A stretch of 64,000 bases of DNA from Ignavibacteria bacterium RIFOXYC2_FULL_35_21 (GCA_001804705.1 MHAY01000005.1:11433-75432), one strand, 5' to 3'. Shown: positions 1 through 10,524, counted from the first letter of the stretch. Numbers and translations: made by a program. Notes: generated from the letters alone by a model not told the origin.

Positions 1-294
1 GTTGATTGCATCTGCTATGTCTCCGGTTGGAGTGCCGCCACTGTTAGGTGAGAGGCAGTTCCAGAAAAATGTGTGGTTATAAACCTGTGCCGCATTATTG
101 AATATGCCGCCTTCAGCTTTTTTAATAATATTTTCTAGCGAGAGACTCTCAAACTGAGTTCCCGGGATAAGATTATTAAGGTTATTCACATAAGCAGCAT
201 GGTGCTTGCCGTAATGATAGTCTAATGTTTCCGGTGAAATAACCGGATTCAGCGAGTCCTTCGGAAAAGGAAGGGCAGGTAATTCGAATTTCAT
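1..294 (-). CDS. Fe/Mn superoxide dismutase; only the N-terminal ~98 codons lie in the window, and the gene continues past the window start
   Basis: Reverse translation from ATG at 292-294 gives MKFELPALPFPKDSLNPVISPETLDYHYGKHHAAYVNNLNNLI..., the canonical Fe/Mn-SOD N-terminus (HYxKHH metal-ligand motif). Confidence 0.85.
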   Translation of the reverse strand, partial: MKFELPALPFPKDSLNPVISPETLDYHYGKHHAAYVNNLNNLIPGTQFESLSLENIIKKAEGGIFNNAAQVYNHTFFWNCLSPNSGGTPTGDIADAIN

Positions 295-482
295 AATTCC
301 TCCTTTTATTATTGTTGAATGATAAAATTGGTTTCTTTTCGTTATGGTTTTTGCCCCCTTTTTCAAAGGGGGATTAAGGGGGTTTTTATTATCCCTATAT
401 TAATTTTCTCGAATAAGTTCAGAATAGTTATAAATAAATATCCTTTTTTATTCACTATTCACTATTCATTGTTCATTGAATT

Positions 483-875
483 TCATCCATGGCAACCGCA
501 GGTCATACTGCTGTTCGGCGATAGGAATGAAAATCCCTTACCTTGTTCATCGTCAATGAAATCTATTGTAACTCCCATCATGTAAAACAGGCTCTTTGCA
601 TCAATTACAATCCTGAGATTGCTTGATGTAAATACCCTGTCCTCTTCGCCCATTCTTGCATCAAATCCCAAAACATAGCTCATACCCGAACAGCCGCCGC
701 CTTTGGTTCCTATTCTTAGAAAATACCCATCTGGAACTTTGCTTGTCTCAAGAATATTATGTATCTCATCTATCGCTGACTTCGAGATTAATATATCTTC
801 TTCGGCATCAGCTCCGCTGACGCCTGTTGCTATTCTTTCGTAATCAACCATCGTTTCTGTCATAGTATCAGTCAT
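483..875 (-). CDS. HesB/IscA-family Fe-S cluster insertion protein
   Basis: GTKGGGCSGMSY and C-terminal CGC motif typical of IscA/ErpA; the true start may be an internal Met (MVDYERI). Confidence 0.75.
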   Translation of the reverse strand: MTDTMTETMVDYERIATGVSGADAEEDILISKSAIDEIHNILETSKVPDGYFLRIGTKGGGCSGMSYVLGFDARMGEEDRVFTSSNLRIVIDAKSLFYMMGVTIDFIDDEQGKGFSFLSPNSSMTCGCHG

Positions 876-896
876 ATTATTCCCTTCATAAAAATT

Positions 897-1193
897 CTAA
901 ACATCATAATCAACGTAAACATCATCTGTCAAGGGATGTGACTGGCATGTCAGAACATAACCTTCTTCGATTTCATCATCCGTCAATCCGTCCCTTTCCT
1001 CCATTTCTACTTTTCCACTTTTTAGCATAGCCCGACAGGTCGTGCAAATACCTATCTGGCAGCTAAACGGAGGGTCAAGCCCTTCGTTCATAGCCGCTTG
1101 CAGTATTGTCTCATCAGGTTCAACATCGAAGCTATGCTCCTCTGCGTATAACTTTATTTTTACAGTTCTTTTCTGAAATTCTAAATCCGACAT
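897..1193 (-). CDS. 2Fe-2S ferredoxin
   Basis: C-X4-C-X2-C ... C spacing (CQIGICTTC ... TCQSHP) of plant/adrenodoxin-type 2Fe-2S ferredoxins; sits beside the IscA-like gene. Confidence 0.7.
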   Translation of the reverse strand: MSDLEFQKRTVKIKLYAEEHSFDVEPDETILQAAMNEGLDPPFSCQIGICTTCRAMLKSGKVEMEERDGLTDDEIEEGYVLTCQSHPLTDDVYVDYDV

Positions 1194-1255
1194 TAATTAT
1201 CGTCTTTTATTTTGATTTCTATATGACTGATTTATTGTGGAATAATTGTATGAAT

Positions 1256-4200
1256 TTATCGTAATATAAAATATGGCAGTATTTTCTTAATTTCACCCGA
1301 AATAATCTGTATGAAATAGGCACCGGAAGCAAATTTGTCAATCTCAAAATTCACCTTGTAATTTCGGTATTGCACACCCTCAACTGAGATTTTATTTTGA
1401 TATATATTGGTTGCTGATGAAATAATATTTCCAATATTATCGAGAAATTTGCAGTCAAAGTCATTTTCAAAATCAATATCTGTTTGTATATCAATATTCA
1501 CAATTGTATTTCCTGGATTAGGATATGGATTGCTTACTACCACATTTTTCCATGCACCAAGTGTTTTAACTTTAATAGTAATATTACAACCACTCATCCC
1601 ACTGTAAAAAGCAGTGTCTCCGATTGCCTTAACAGGAATAGTCAATGTGTCACATAAATCATTTAATTTAAGAGTATCCCATTGCTCACCAAGCGCAGAT
1701 GGTAGATAGCATAGTTCAAGCTCCTGTCTTTCTCCTGCAGGAATGATTATCGGTAACTGCGATTGAGGAATTGAAAACTCAATGTTCCTGAACAGTCTTA
1801 CATAATCCAAAATTAACTCCTGAGCCCCGATATTTTGGAGTAATACTTTAATACATTTCAGGTTCCCAAATTCAGATTTACCAACATATACCTTTCCACT
1901 ATCTAAAGGATAAAGTACTATTAGATAATCAGGACGGCTGTAAATCACACCACTAAAGTCAACAGATTTACTTGAAGCAGAACAATAGACGGTTATGGTA
2001 AAATATCCATTCTCTAATGGGTCTATAAGCGTGATAGTAATATGTACAAGGCGTGACGGCAGATTCTCAATAACAGTAATTTTTACATTAACATTTTTTG
2101 TACCTGAAAGTTCGACACGGTTAATATAATTACTGTCTGCTACTGTAATATAATAATTATTGCAGTCGAATGAAGTATCAATTATTTGCGAAGCCTTGTT
2201 TTCATAAGCCAGTCCGTGAATAGGCAGAAATAGTGTATCACAAAGATTTTTTAGGTATAAAGTATCTGTGAATATACCTGTAATGCCGGAACTGAAGCAA
2301 ATTGTTAACTGTTTCTGCTGATTCGGAGGAATAACCATAGGTAATTGATTTCCCGGAATAGAAAATTCAGTATTAAAATAAAACATAGCAGAATCAACAG
2401 TTATATACTCATTACCTGTATTTTCAATAATAAGATTTATACATTTTGTTGCATTTACTATTGTATCAACTATAAAAGTTACATTAGGCGGAGCAGGAAA
2501 GCTTACGTTAAGGAATGTAAGGTCGCCATGAATAGTTCCGCTTATATCAGTTGTTAAGCCGGTATTATTGCAATAACATGTTACATTGAAATATCCATTA
2601 TTCCTTGGGTCAATCAAAGAAACCTTAACATGTACAACCATTGCAGGCAGAGGCTCGACAACTGAAATCGCAACATTTTTATTATTTGGCCCCGTCAGTT
2701 CAACTAAGTCAATTAAGTAGGAGTCCGTAACCGTGAAATAATAATTAAAACAATCCTGGCTCGTATCGGAAATCAACGGTGGTTTGTCCGCAAGGCCTCT
2801 TCCTCGTATTGGGATAACGATGCTGTCGCAAATATCCCTAAGATATAAGGTATCATTGAAAACACCTTGCTTTGTCGGCAAAAAGCAAATTCTTAGTGTT
2901 CTTTGCTGTCCGTAAGGTATGGTTAATGGCAACTGTCCGGCAGGAATATAAAATTCAGATTTTGTTACAAGACTTGCCGAATCAATACTTATGTCATCGA
3001 ATCCTTCATTTCTTATTTCAACATCAACGCATTTAACCGTGTTTATTGCTGTATCGCCAAGGTCTATCGAACCATTTTTTATTGGCGAAACAACTCTGAG
3101 GTAATAAATATTATTATAAATTGTATCGCTTATGTCAACGGATAATCCCGTTTTATTGCTTGTGCAGGTAACGGTGAAATAGCCGTTCAACTTTGGGTCA
3201 ATGAGCGACACTACTACATGCACAACACTTGCAGGAAGCGTTTCGATGGTTGACACCTTTACATTCTGATTATCAAATCCTGTCAACTCAACCCTGTCAA
3301 TCAAATTCGAATCTGAAACGGTGAAGTAAAAATTATCGCAGTCGGAACTGATATTAAATATAAGAGGAGGTATAATGAAAACAGAATCCATAAGAATTTC
3401 GACAGAGTTCAGGCTATGATTTTGATTATCGTTACCACCAATTGCCAGAACGACATTTTTACTCGGATTATAAGGGTCAGGCAGAGTAACCGCCGCAAAA
3501 TTATATCTTGCAAAATTCAAGTCGGGAGCAGTACTTGCAACATTTGAAGTTATATTATACCAATCGCATTTTCTTGTGCAACTATTATAGTCATAATAAC
3601 CCCCAATAACCAGAACAGAATCATTATTGTATTGAACCATTGGAAATCGAAACCTTCCGGTTAAAACTTTACCTGAATTTGTAAACCGTCCATTATTTTC
3701 AATATATACTTCATCAGATACGATTGCTGGATTATCATGAAAGATACCACCAATTATTAACAATCTACTATCCAAGAGTTTAATCATTGTTGGCATATTA
3801 ATTTGACTCCTGACTGAATCAATAATATTCCATTTGTCATTGATTATATCATATTCAAAAATATATTTGCTTCTATTACTATTTGTACCGGCTTCTCTTC
3901 CGCCTAATGTAATTATTTTACTTTGAGATGTAGTCCCACAGACAGCATCGCTTGTTGGAAATGGAAAAGGATTCACTAACCTGCTTTGGCCTGTATTAAT
4001 ATTAAAAATTTCGATATTATTAATTACTGTTTGGTCGCCTAATCTACCACCAACAATAATAATTTCATGGTCATTTAAAAATTCAGCACAGTGTTGCCAT
4101 CTTGCAATCTCTAAATATCCTATAATTCTCCATGACCGTGTTGATTTGTCAAATAATTCAACAGCAGAGGTTAATTGATCAAAACCAGAATTACAACCAC

Positions 4201-4570
4201 TGATAACAATTATATTAGTGTCTTTTGTTACAAGAGTTGCAAAGTAACCTCTTGAAAAATTCATCGGAGGGCCTGGTTTTATTGTATCATTTAAAACATC
4301 AATTATTTCACATGTTGGTAAATCACCATTTAAATTAGTATTATCATAACCTCCAATTACAAGTACTTCAGTTTTACTTATAGCTACTGCACTGTGTAAT
4401 TGACGGTGAGCATTTAGATTTCCAAAAATTTTCCATTTAAGATTTGATAATAATTCTTGAGGTAATAAAAAGGCTTGAATCAAAATCATGAATAATATTA
4501 AAAAGTAAGAAGGAGCCTTTATTAAGGAATGTATGTTTATATACCTAATATTTTGACAATTAAATTTCAT
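1256..4570 (-). CDS. Very large secreted protein (1104 aa): signal peptide, N-terminal Kelch-like beta-propeller, three tandem ~170-aa domain repeats, and a T9SS C-terminal sorting domain
   Basis: Recurrent (V/I)IGG(Y/R) Kelch blade motifs; internal repeats beginning DCDNFYFTVSDSNLIDRVELTG / DCFNYYFTVTDSYLIDLVELTG / DCNNYYITVADSNYINRVELSG; C-terminus ...GAYFIQIISGEIKKILPYFILR resembles a T9SS CTD. Confidence 0.7.
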   Translation of the reverse strand: MKFNCQNIRYINIHSLIKAPSYFLILFMILIQAFLLPQELLSNLKWKIFGNLNAHRQLHSAVAISKTEVLVIGGYDNTNLNGDLPTCEIIDVLNDTIKPGPPMNFSRGYFATLVTKDTNIIVISGCNSGFDQLTSAVELFDKSTRSWRIIGYLEIARWQHCAEFLNDHEIIIVGGRLGDQTVINNIEIFNINTGQSRLVNPFPFPTSDAVCGTTSQSKIITLGGREAGTNSNRSKYIFEYDIINDKWNIIDSVRSQINMPTMIKLLDSRLLIIGGIFHDNPAIVSDEVYIENNGRFTNSGKVLTGRFRFPMVQYNNDSVLVIGGYYDYNSCTRKCDWYNITSNVASTAPDLNFARYNFAAVTLPDPYNPSKNVVLAIGGNDNQNHSLNSVEILMDSVFIIPPLIFNISSDCDNFYFTVSDSNLIDRVELTGFDNQNVKVSTIETLPASVVHVVVSLIDPKLNGYFTVTCTSNKTGLSVDISDTIYNNIYYLRVVSPIKNGSIDLGDTAINTVKCVDVEIRNEGFDDISIDSASLVTKSEFYIPAGQLPLTIPYGQQRTLRICFLPTKQGVFNDTLYLRDICDSIVIPIRGRGLADKPPLISDTSQDCFNYYFTVTDSYLIDLVELTGPNNKNVAISVVEPLPAMVVHVKVSLIDPRNNGYFNVTCYCNNTGLTTDISGTIHGDLTFLNVSFPAPPNVTFIVDTIVNATKCINLIIENTGNEYITVDSAMFYFNTEFSIPGNQLPMVIPPNQQKQLTICFSSGITGIFTDTLYLKNLCDTLFLPIHGLAYENKASQIIDTSFDCNNYYITVADSNYINRVELSGTKNVNVKITVIENLPSRLVHITITLIDPLENGYFTITVYCSASSKSVDFSGVIYSRPDYLIVLYPLDSGKVYVGKSEFGNLKCIKVLLQNIGAQELILDYVRLFRNIEFSIPQSQLPIIIPAGERQELELCYLPSALGEQWDTLKLNDLCDTLTIPVKAIGDTAFYSGMSGCNITIKVKTLGAWKNVVVSNPYPNPGNTIVNIDIQTDIDFENDFDCKFLDNIGNIISSATNIYQNKISVEGVQYRNYKVNFEIDKFASGAYFIQIISGEIKKILPYFILR

Positions 4571-6693
4571 TTCATAACAAAATACGGAAAAATTCTTTTT
4601 CCGTCAATAGTTTCAACGACAATAAAATACATTCCGGTTGATATATCCTTCAAATTGAAACTGTATTCTTTCTCCATTTGTTCAATACTTCCGGTTTGCC
4701 ATCTGTTTTTTTCAATCACATCTGAATTTTTTATAAGTTCGCCCTTATAATCATATAAATAACACTTAACTGAAAATTCAGAGTTTTCAGTTACATTTAT
4801 CGAAACAATTTCACTGCCGGGATTAGGGTAGGGATCACCGATTTTTATATAATTACCGGGTATAAGTGTCTTGCCTTTTATCGGAATGGTACACTTACTG
4901 TTCCCGGTATAAAACACAGTATCGCCAATTGCAATTACAGGTAATCTCAATGTGTCGCATAAATCCCTGAGAGATAATGTGTCATATTCCCAATCGAGAG
5001 ATGATGGCAGGTAGCACAATTCAAGTTCCGCTGTGTCACTTGCCGGTATTTTCAAAGGTAATTGGTATTGTGGAATAGAAAATTCAATGTTTCTGTCGAG
5101 CCTGACAAAATCCAGTATAAACTCTTCCGAACCTGTATTATAGATTAAAACCTTGACACACTTTAAAGTACCTGCATCTGTTTTACCAACAATTATTTTT
5201 CCGCTATCGAGAGGTGCAAGAACTTTTAAAACGGAAGGATTGCTGTTAATGGTATCGCTGACATCAATATATTTACCTGTAGCATAGCAGTAGCATCGGA
5301 CATTAAATAATCCATTCTGATTTTGGTCTATCAATGATATTTTTACTCGCACAACTTTAGAAGGAAGTGTGTCTTGAACAGCAATTTTAACATTATAGAA
5401 ATTGCCAAATAATTCAACTTTGTTGATTCCGTTTACATCAGTAACGGTGAAGTAAAAATTATCGCAATCGAAGGAAGATTGAGTGAGTTTTGGTGGTGGT
5501 GGTTGATATTCAATCGAATCAACTAATATCTCAACAGAACTAATAGCTTTTGAATTATTATCTCTTCCACCAATAGCAACTAATATTCTATCCCATGGTC
5601 TTTTCGGATTTCGCATTGAAACAAGGTTAAACATACTCCTGCCAAAATTTAAAGATGGTCCAAATGATGTTGACCTTGTATTTAAATTATACCATTCACA
5701 TCTTGTTATATTTGTTTCATCATTTTCAAATCCACCTACAATTAAAACCGAATCATTATTATATTGTGCTAATTGATGCCAATGTCTTTTTGTAAACATA
5801 TTACCCGATAAAATAAATCTATCATTAGATTCAATATTAATATCATCAGAATTGGTAACAGGATTTTCTTTTAAACTACCACCCGTGATAATAACTTTAT
5901 TATCCCATAGTTTTAACATAGAAGGGTATTGAACATCAGCATTTAAATTGCTGTAAATACTCCAAAAATTAGCCGATTCATCATAAGTATAAACAATATT
6001 AGTTCTTGTGCTATTTTCACCTGCTTCTCTACCCCCGAAGAATATATTTTTATCGGTACTGGTAGTTGAGCTTAAACAATCGCAAGTTGGTACTGGAAAA
6101 ACAGATGAAGCTCTTCCTAAGCCGGTATTAATATCATATATCTCAGTTTCATTTGTACCTGCACTTCCACCCGTTCTACCACCTACAATGATTATTTCAT
6201 GATCGTTAATAAATTCAGCACAAAATTGTTGTCTTCCCGTTCTAATAGGTCCCATTGTTTGCCAACTTCTTGTCTTTCTATCAAATATGTCACATAATCG
6301 AGTATTTGCGCCATTACTTGAATTGTTACAACCACTAATTACAATTATATTTGAATCTTTTAACATTAATGCATTAAATAAATATCTTTGTGTTTTCATA
6401 AAAGGACCAGATATAATAGTATCATTAGCTAAGTCAATAATTTCACAAGATGACATAGCATAATTATTAATACCTGAATTATTCCAGCCACCTATAACTA
6501 AAATTTCTGTGTCACTAATTGGAAAAGCTCTTGAATGTTGTCTGGGTATTTTAAGGTCGCCAAAAATTTTCCATACTTTTTCTGCTTGAATACAGTTGGC
6601 AGAGCATAGGAAAGTAATTAATAAAAAATATGGATAAAGACAATTTTTAATTCTAATGAGAATTTCACTTTTAACAAGAATAGAAATATTCAT
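4567..6693 (-). CDS. Paralogous Kelch-propeller T9SS cargo protein (708 aa) carrying a single copy of the ~170-aa repeat domain
   Basis: Same architecture and many identical motifs as the 1256..4570 protein (LVIGGWNN, IIVGGRTG, DCDNFYFTVTDVNGINKVELFG); C-terminal GMYFIVVETIDGKRIFPYFVMK CTD; 4-nt overlap with the downstream paralog. Confidence 0.7.
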   Translation of the reverse strand: MNISILVKSEILIRIKNCLYPYFLLITFLCSANCIQAEKVWKIFGDLKIPRQHSRAFPISDTEILVIGGWNNSGINNYAMSSCEIIDLANDTIISGPFMKTQRYLFNALMLKDSNIIVISGCNNSSNGANTRLCDIFDRKTRSWQTMGPIRTGRQQFCAEFINDHEIIIVGGRTGGSAGTNETEIYDINTGLGRASSVFPVPTCDCLSSTTSTDKNIFFGGREAGENSTRTNIVYTYDESANFWSIYSNLNADVQYPSMLKLWDNKVIITGGSLKENPVTNSDDINIESNDRFILSGNMFTKRHWHQLAQYNNDSVLIVGGFENDETNITRCEWYNLNTRSTSFGPSLNFGRSMFNLVSMRNPKRPWDRILVAIGGRDNNSKAISSVEILVDSIEYQPPPPKLTQSSFDCDNFYFTVTDVNGINKVELFGNFYNVKIAVQDTLPSKVVRVKISLIDQNQNGLFNVRCYCYATGKYIDVSDTINSNPSVLKVLAPLDSGKIIVGKTDAGTLKCVKVLIYNTGSEEFILDFVRLDRNIEFSIPQYQLPLKIPASDTAELELCYLPSSLDWEYDTLSLRDLCDTLRLPVIAIGDTVFYTGNSKCTIPIKGKTLIPGNYIKIGDPYPNPGSEIVSINVTENSEFSVKCYLYDYKGELIKNSDVIEKNRWQTGSIEQMEKEYSFNLKDISTGMYFIVVETIDGKRIFPYFVMK

Positions 6694-6716
6694 TATTTTT
6701 ATTTGTATCTATTATT

Positions 6717-7607
6717 TCACATAATTATTTCGTTATAATAGTTCAAAGAATCATTGTGAATAAATACTACATTATCTGATATGTGTTCAATATCAATACT
6801 TACTTTGTTTAGAAATCCCTTTTCGTTTATAATATACGAAGAATAGTTGAATTCATTGTGCATCATTTTCTTAAAATCAGAGGTGGTCATATTTTTTAAC
6901 TTCTGTAATTCAGATACTAGCTCCAAAATTAGAACAGGTTTTTTATCTCTAAGAATATTTTTCATCCCATTAACAACATCTATTTCAGCACCCTCAACAT
7001 CAATTTTTACTAAATCTATTTTATATATTTTATTTTGAATGACAAAGTCATCTAAAATTATAGCTTCAATTTCTTCAAAATTTTCGGATAATGTATCTGT
7101 ATGGAGTAGTGTGCTATGAATACCTTGATTCTCATTTTTTGATAAATAAAGTTTGATAATTTTGTTATTATCAGATACTGCTAATTTATAAGGGTGAATA
7201 TTCTTAAATCCATTCAATTTTATATTTTCATTAAAAATTTCAAAATTTCTTTTCTCCGGTTCAAATCCATAAACTTTTCCCAAATCACCAATTATTTGTG
7301 CAAAAGTCAAAGACAAATACCCAACATTTGCACCTATATCAATAACGATATCTCCTTTTTTTAATGTCTTCTTTATAAATCTGATGGTTGGTAATTCATA
7401 TGAACCAAATAAATATAGATAAGATTGAAGAAATTCATTCAAATCAAGATCCATTTTAATTTTATTTCTCAACCTTGAAATTTTTCTAGTGCCTTTTGGG
7501 GGTGTAAGTTTAGGAAAGTAATATTTTGTTAAAATAGTATATTTTCCTCTTTCGATAGGATATAATCTTAATATTAATTTTAAAATTGTTCTAAGAAATG
7601 ATTTCAT
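6717..7607 (-). CDS. FkbM-family SAM-dependent methyltransferase
   Basis: VIDIGANVGYLSL (glycine-rich SAM motif), VYGFEP, IDLVKIDVEGAE, all hallmarks of the FkbM methyltransferase family; co-oriented 23 bp upstream of the Kelch/T9SS paralogs. Confidence 0.75.
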   Translation of the reverse strand: MKSFLRTILKLILRLYPIERGKYTILTKYYFPKLTPPKGTRKISRLRNKIKMDLDLNEFLQSYLYLFGSYELPTIRFIKKTLKKGDIVIDIGANVGYLSLTFAQIIGDLGKVYGFEPEKRNFEIFNENIKLNGFKNIHPYKLAVSDNNKIIKLYLSKNENQGIHSTLLHTDTLSENFEEIEAIILDDFVIQNKIYKIDLVKIDVEGAEIDVVNGMKNILRDKKPVLILELVSELQKLKNMTTSDFKKMMHNEFNYSSYIINEKGFLNKVSIDIEHISDNVVFIHNDSLNYYNEIIM

Positions 7608-7648
7608 ACTTTACATTCAAATTGTTTATAATTCAAATGCAATTTACT

Positions 7649-7972
7649 TCACAAAAACCCTAATTCCAACATTGCGGCTTCGCTCATCATATTTCGGTCC
7701 CAAGGCGGGTCGAATGTTACGATTGCTTTGGCATCCTTTATACCTTCGATTTCCCTTACTTTATGTTCCACGTCTATTGGAATACTCATAGCTTCAGGGC
7801 AATTAGGTGCTGTCAGTGTCATAAGAATTACTGCCTCTCCATCGGCTGTGATTTGCACGTCATATATTAAACCGAGTTCAAAAATATTTATAGGAATCTC
7901 CGGGTCATAAACTGTCTTTATTGCCTCGAAAACCTGTGCTTTTAGTTCTTCTATATTTATGTTTTGTTCCAT
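7649..7972 (-). CDS. DUF59/MIP18-family Fe-S assembly protein (SufT-like)
   Basis: VYDPEIPINIFELGLIYDV and ...TLTAPNCP motifs of the DUF59 metal-sulfur cluster biosynthesis family; terminal gene of the suf cluster. Confidence 0.75.
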   Translation of the reverse strand: MEQNINIEELKAQVFEAIKTVYDPEIPINIFELGLIYDVQITADGEAVILMTLTAPNCPEAMSIPIDVEHKVREIEGIKDAKAIVTFDPPWDRNMMSEAAMLELGFL

Positions 7973-8089
7973 ATTTATTTAATTTTAATTCATAATCCGT
8001 AATTCGTAATTATCGATTTATATTACGCTTAATTAAAATAGATAAAAGCAAATATAAAATAGATAATAGAAAAGCTAAAAGAGTCGTCT

Positions 8090-8470
8090 TCATTTTCTAT
8101 TTCGTTTTGCAGTTACAAGTGAACTGCTGAATATTTTAATAAATTCATAACTTTCCTGTAAAAAGAATTTTAAATCAGCATGATCTTCATTGAGCAGTTT
8201 TGATTTTTTTATTAATCGTAGCCAATAATTTGATTCTCTCATCTCTTTTAACACCAATTGTGTTTTATGGATGAAATCGGCTTTGGATTCAGCAGCAACT
8301 GATTCTTCATAATTCGCACCTGATGAAGTTCCCGCACGAAATAGTTGTCCGTAAATATGTTTCCCGGCATATGTTTTGCAAAGTTGTCCTTCAACTTTTA
8401 TAATTCTAGCCGCAAACTCCAATAGCCGCTCTGATATATTTTCTCTAAAACTTTTTTTACTATTCTCCAT
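8090..8470 (-). CDS. Four-helix-bundle protein (family commonly encoded in 23S rRNA intervening sequences)
   Basis: AGTSSGANYEESVAAESKADFIHKTQLVLKEMRESNYWLRL matches the conserved core of the four-helix-bundle (TIGR02436-type) family. Confidence 0.7.
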   Translation of the reverse strand: MENSKKSFRENISERLLEFAARIIKVEGQLCKTYAGKHIYGQLFRAGTSSGANYEESVAAESKADFIHKTQLVLKEMRESNYWLRLIKKSKLLNEDHADLKFFLQESYEFIKIFSSSLVTAKRNRK

Positions 8471-8650
8471 TTGTAATTACTTTTTTCTATTTTCTATTAT
8501 CATTTTTCTATTTTTATTATCATTTATCAATTTTCAATTATCATTTATCAATTTTCAATTATCAATTATCAATTTTCAATTATCTATTATCTATTATCAA
8601 TTTTCAATTATCTATTATCTATTATCTATTTTCTATTTCCTATTTTTTAA
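8466..8650. repeat. About 185-bp low-complexity tandem array with 8-bp periodicity (units tatcaatt/ttcaatta/tctattat)
   Basis: Directly visible: ...tttcaattatcatttatcaattttcaattatcaattatcaattttcaattatctattatctattatcaa...; no protein-like ORF. Confidence 0.8.
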
Positions 8651-8671
8651 TTGTGAATTGTAAATTGTTAA

Positions 8672-9130
8672 TTATTCAGTAACTACCACCTCACCCGTTT
8701 TATTCTCCAGCGCATTGAGGAGCGTATGCCATGCAAGGCTGGCACATTTCACGCGTGCCGGAAATTCCCTCACACCGCTGAACACTGCAAGCTTGCCGAG
8801 GCTTTCCTCATCAATTACCTTATCAGTGTCTGCAGTAACCACATCATGAAATTTGGTAAACAATTCCTTTGCTTCCTCAATCTTTTTCCCTTTCAACAGG
8901 GTAGTCATAATTGAAGCGGATGATTTGGATATAGCACAACCGGAGCCGATGAATTTAATATCGCTGATAGTATCGCCGTTGATGAGCAGGTATAATTCAA
9001 GCTGGTCGCCGCAAAGCGGATTATGACCCTTTGCAGTATGAGTCGGATGTTCAAGCTCGCCGAAATTTCTTGGGCTTTTATTATGGTCCAAAATCACCTG
9101 CTGGTACAAATCGTTTAATTCCGCATCCAT
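8672..9130 (-). CDS. sufU: SufU/IscU-like Fe-S cluster scaffold (NifU N-terminal family)
   Basis: NPLCGDQLELYL, GSGCAISKSSAS and conserved C-terminal Cys; immediately downstream of the cysteine desulfurase. Confidence 0.8.
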   Translation of the reverse strand: MDAELNDLYQQVILDHNKSPRNFGELEHPTHTAKGHNPLCGDQLELYLLINGDTISDIKFIGSGCAISKSSASIMTTLLKGKKIEEAKELFTKFHDVVTADTDKVIDEESLGKLAVFSGVREFPARVKCASLAWHTLLNALENKTGEVVVTE

Positions 9131-9142
9131 CCTATATCCGAA

Positions 9143-10366
9143 TCAACTGAATAATTTAATAACATTTCTTAATGATTTAACGAAAACGTCAACTTCTTCT
9201 TTTAAATTGTAGAAAGCAAATGAAGCCCTCGAGGTTGCAGGAACATTGAATCTCCTCATAATCGGCTCTGTGCAATGATGTCCTGTCCTTATTGCAACAC
9301 CATCTCTGTCGAGAAAAGTTCCTATGTCATGAGGATGAATCCCATCGATAACAAAAGACAAAATGCTTGATTTTTCTTTTGCTGTACCTATTATTTTCAC
9401 TTCTTTAATTTCTGAAATTGCTTCTGTTGCGTATTTCAATACCTCTGATTCATAAGATGCTATGTTTTCAATTCCTATTTCCTGAATATACTTGATTGCC
9501 TCGGAAAGCCCTAAGACTCCTGCAATATGCGGTGTGCCTGCCTCGAATTTATACGGTATAGTATTAAATAAAGTTTTTTCAAATGTAACTGAAAGAATCA
9601 TATCGCCTCCTCCCTGGTAGGGTGGCATTTTTTCGAGCAATTCTTTTTTACCGTATAATATACCAATCCCAGTGGGACCATAAATCTTATGCCCTGAAAA
9701 GGCAAGAAAATCGCAGTCTAATTCCTGTACATTTATATTTGAGTGTTGAATTGACTGTGCCGCATCTACAAGCACAGGTATATTATATCTATGTGCTTTC
9801 TCTATTATTTTTTTTATAGGATTTACTGTACCAAGTGAATTTGAAATATGTACAACCGAAACAAATTTTGTTTTTTCATTAATCAACTTATCATATTCAC
9901 TCAACATTAATTCGCCATCATCTGTTATTGGCACTACCTTAAGCTTGGCACCCTTTTCTTCGCATAGCAATTGCCAGGGGACAATGTTGGAATGATGCTC
10001 CATGTGTGTTATTAATACTTCATCTCCTTCTTTTATATTTGTTCTGCCGTAAGAAGATGCAACGAGGTTGATTGACTCTGTTGTTCCCCGTGTAAAGATT
10101 ATTTCATTAGGACTTCTTGCATATATAAAATTTTGAATAAGTTTTCTCGTATCCTCATATTCTTTTGATACCGCTTCGCTCAGGTAATGCACTCCTCGAT
10201 GTACATTGCTGTTAAGATTTGTATAATAATGAATCAATTTTTCAATAACCGGGAGCGGTTTCTGAGTCGTTGCGGCATTATCGAAATATACAAGAGTCTT
10301 CCCGTTCACCATTTTACTGAGAATAGGGAAGTCCTGTCTAATTTTATTTACATCAAAATTTTGCAT
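9143..10366 (-). CDS. sufS: Cysteine desulfurase SufS (class V aminotransferase)
   Basis: PLP-lysine motif SGHKIYGPTGIGILYGK, catalytic RTGHHCTEP loop, 407 aa. Confidence 0.88.
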   Translation of the reverse strand: MQNFDVNKIRQDFPILSKMVNGKTLVYFDNAATTQKPLPVIEKLIHYYTNLNSNVHRGVHYLSEAVSKEYEDTRKLIQNFIYARSPNEIIFTRGTTESINLVASSYGRTNIKEGDEVLITHMEHHSNIVPWQLLCEEKGAKLKVVPITDDGELMLSEYDKLINEKTKFVSVVHISNSLGTVNPIKKIIEKAHRYNIPVLVDAAQSIQHSNINVQELDCDFLAFSGHKIYGPTGIGILYGKKELLEKMPPYQGGGDMILSVTFEKTLFNTIPYKFEAGTPHIAGVLGLSEAIKYIQEIGIENIASYESEVLKYATEAISEIKEVKIIGTAKEKSSILSFVIDGIHPHDIGTFLDRDGVAIRTGHHCTEPIMRRFNVPATSRASFAFYNLKEEVDVFVKSLRNVIKLFS

Positions 10367-10392
10367 AAAATTCTACTGAAATTCTTTAAAAA

Positions 10393-10524
10393 ATGAATAG
10401 CCACTACTTTTAAGTAGTGGTGATGTTTCAATAGTACGATTGGAATTATCCCCTTATCTAAGAGACTAAAGTCAATTGATGAGGTTCGAACCTTTCCCCC
10501 TATCTGAAGATAGGGGCTATTCAT
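10393..10524. mobile_element. MITE-like palindromic repeat element (one copy of a family also seen at 18513-18728)
   Basis: Terminal inverted repeats ATGAATAGCC...GGCTATTCAT enclose internal palindromes ccactacttttaagtagtgg and ccccctatctgaagataggggc; the same element in opposite orientation occurs near 18.6 kb. Confidence 0.45.

Noticed and set aside
8376-8663. 95-aa + strand ORF (…FINFQLSFINFQLSIINFQLSIIYYQ…)
   Set aside because: It is a translation of the 8-bp-period tandem array downstream of the four-helix-bundle gene. It also overlaps that gene's 3' end on the opposite strand.
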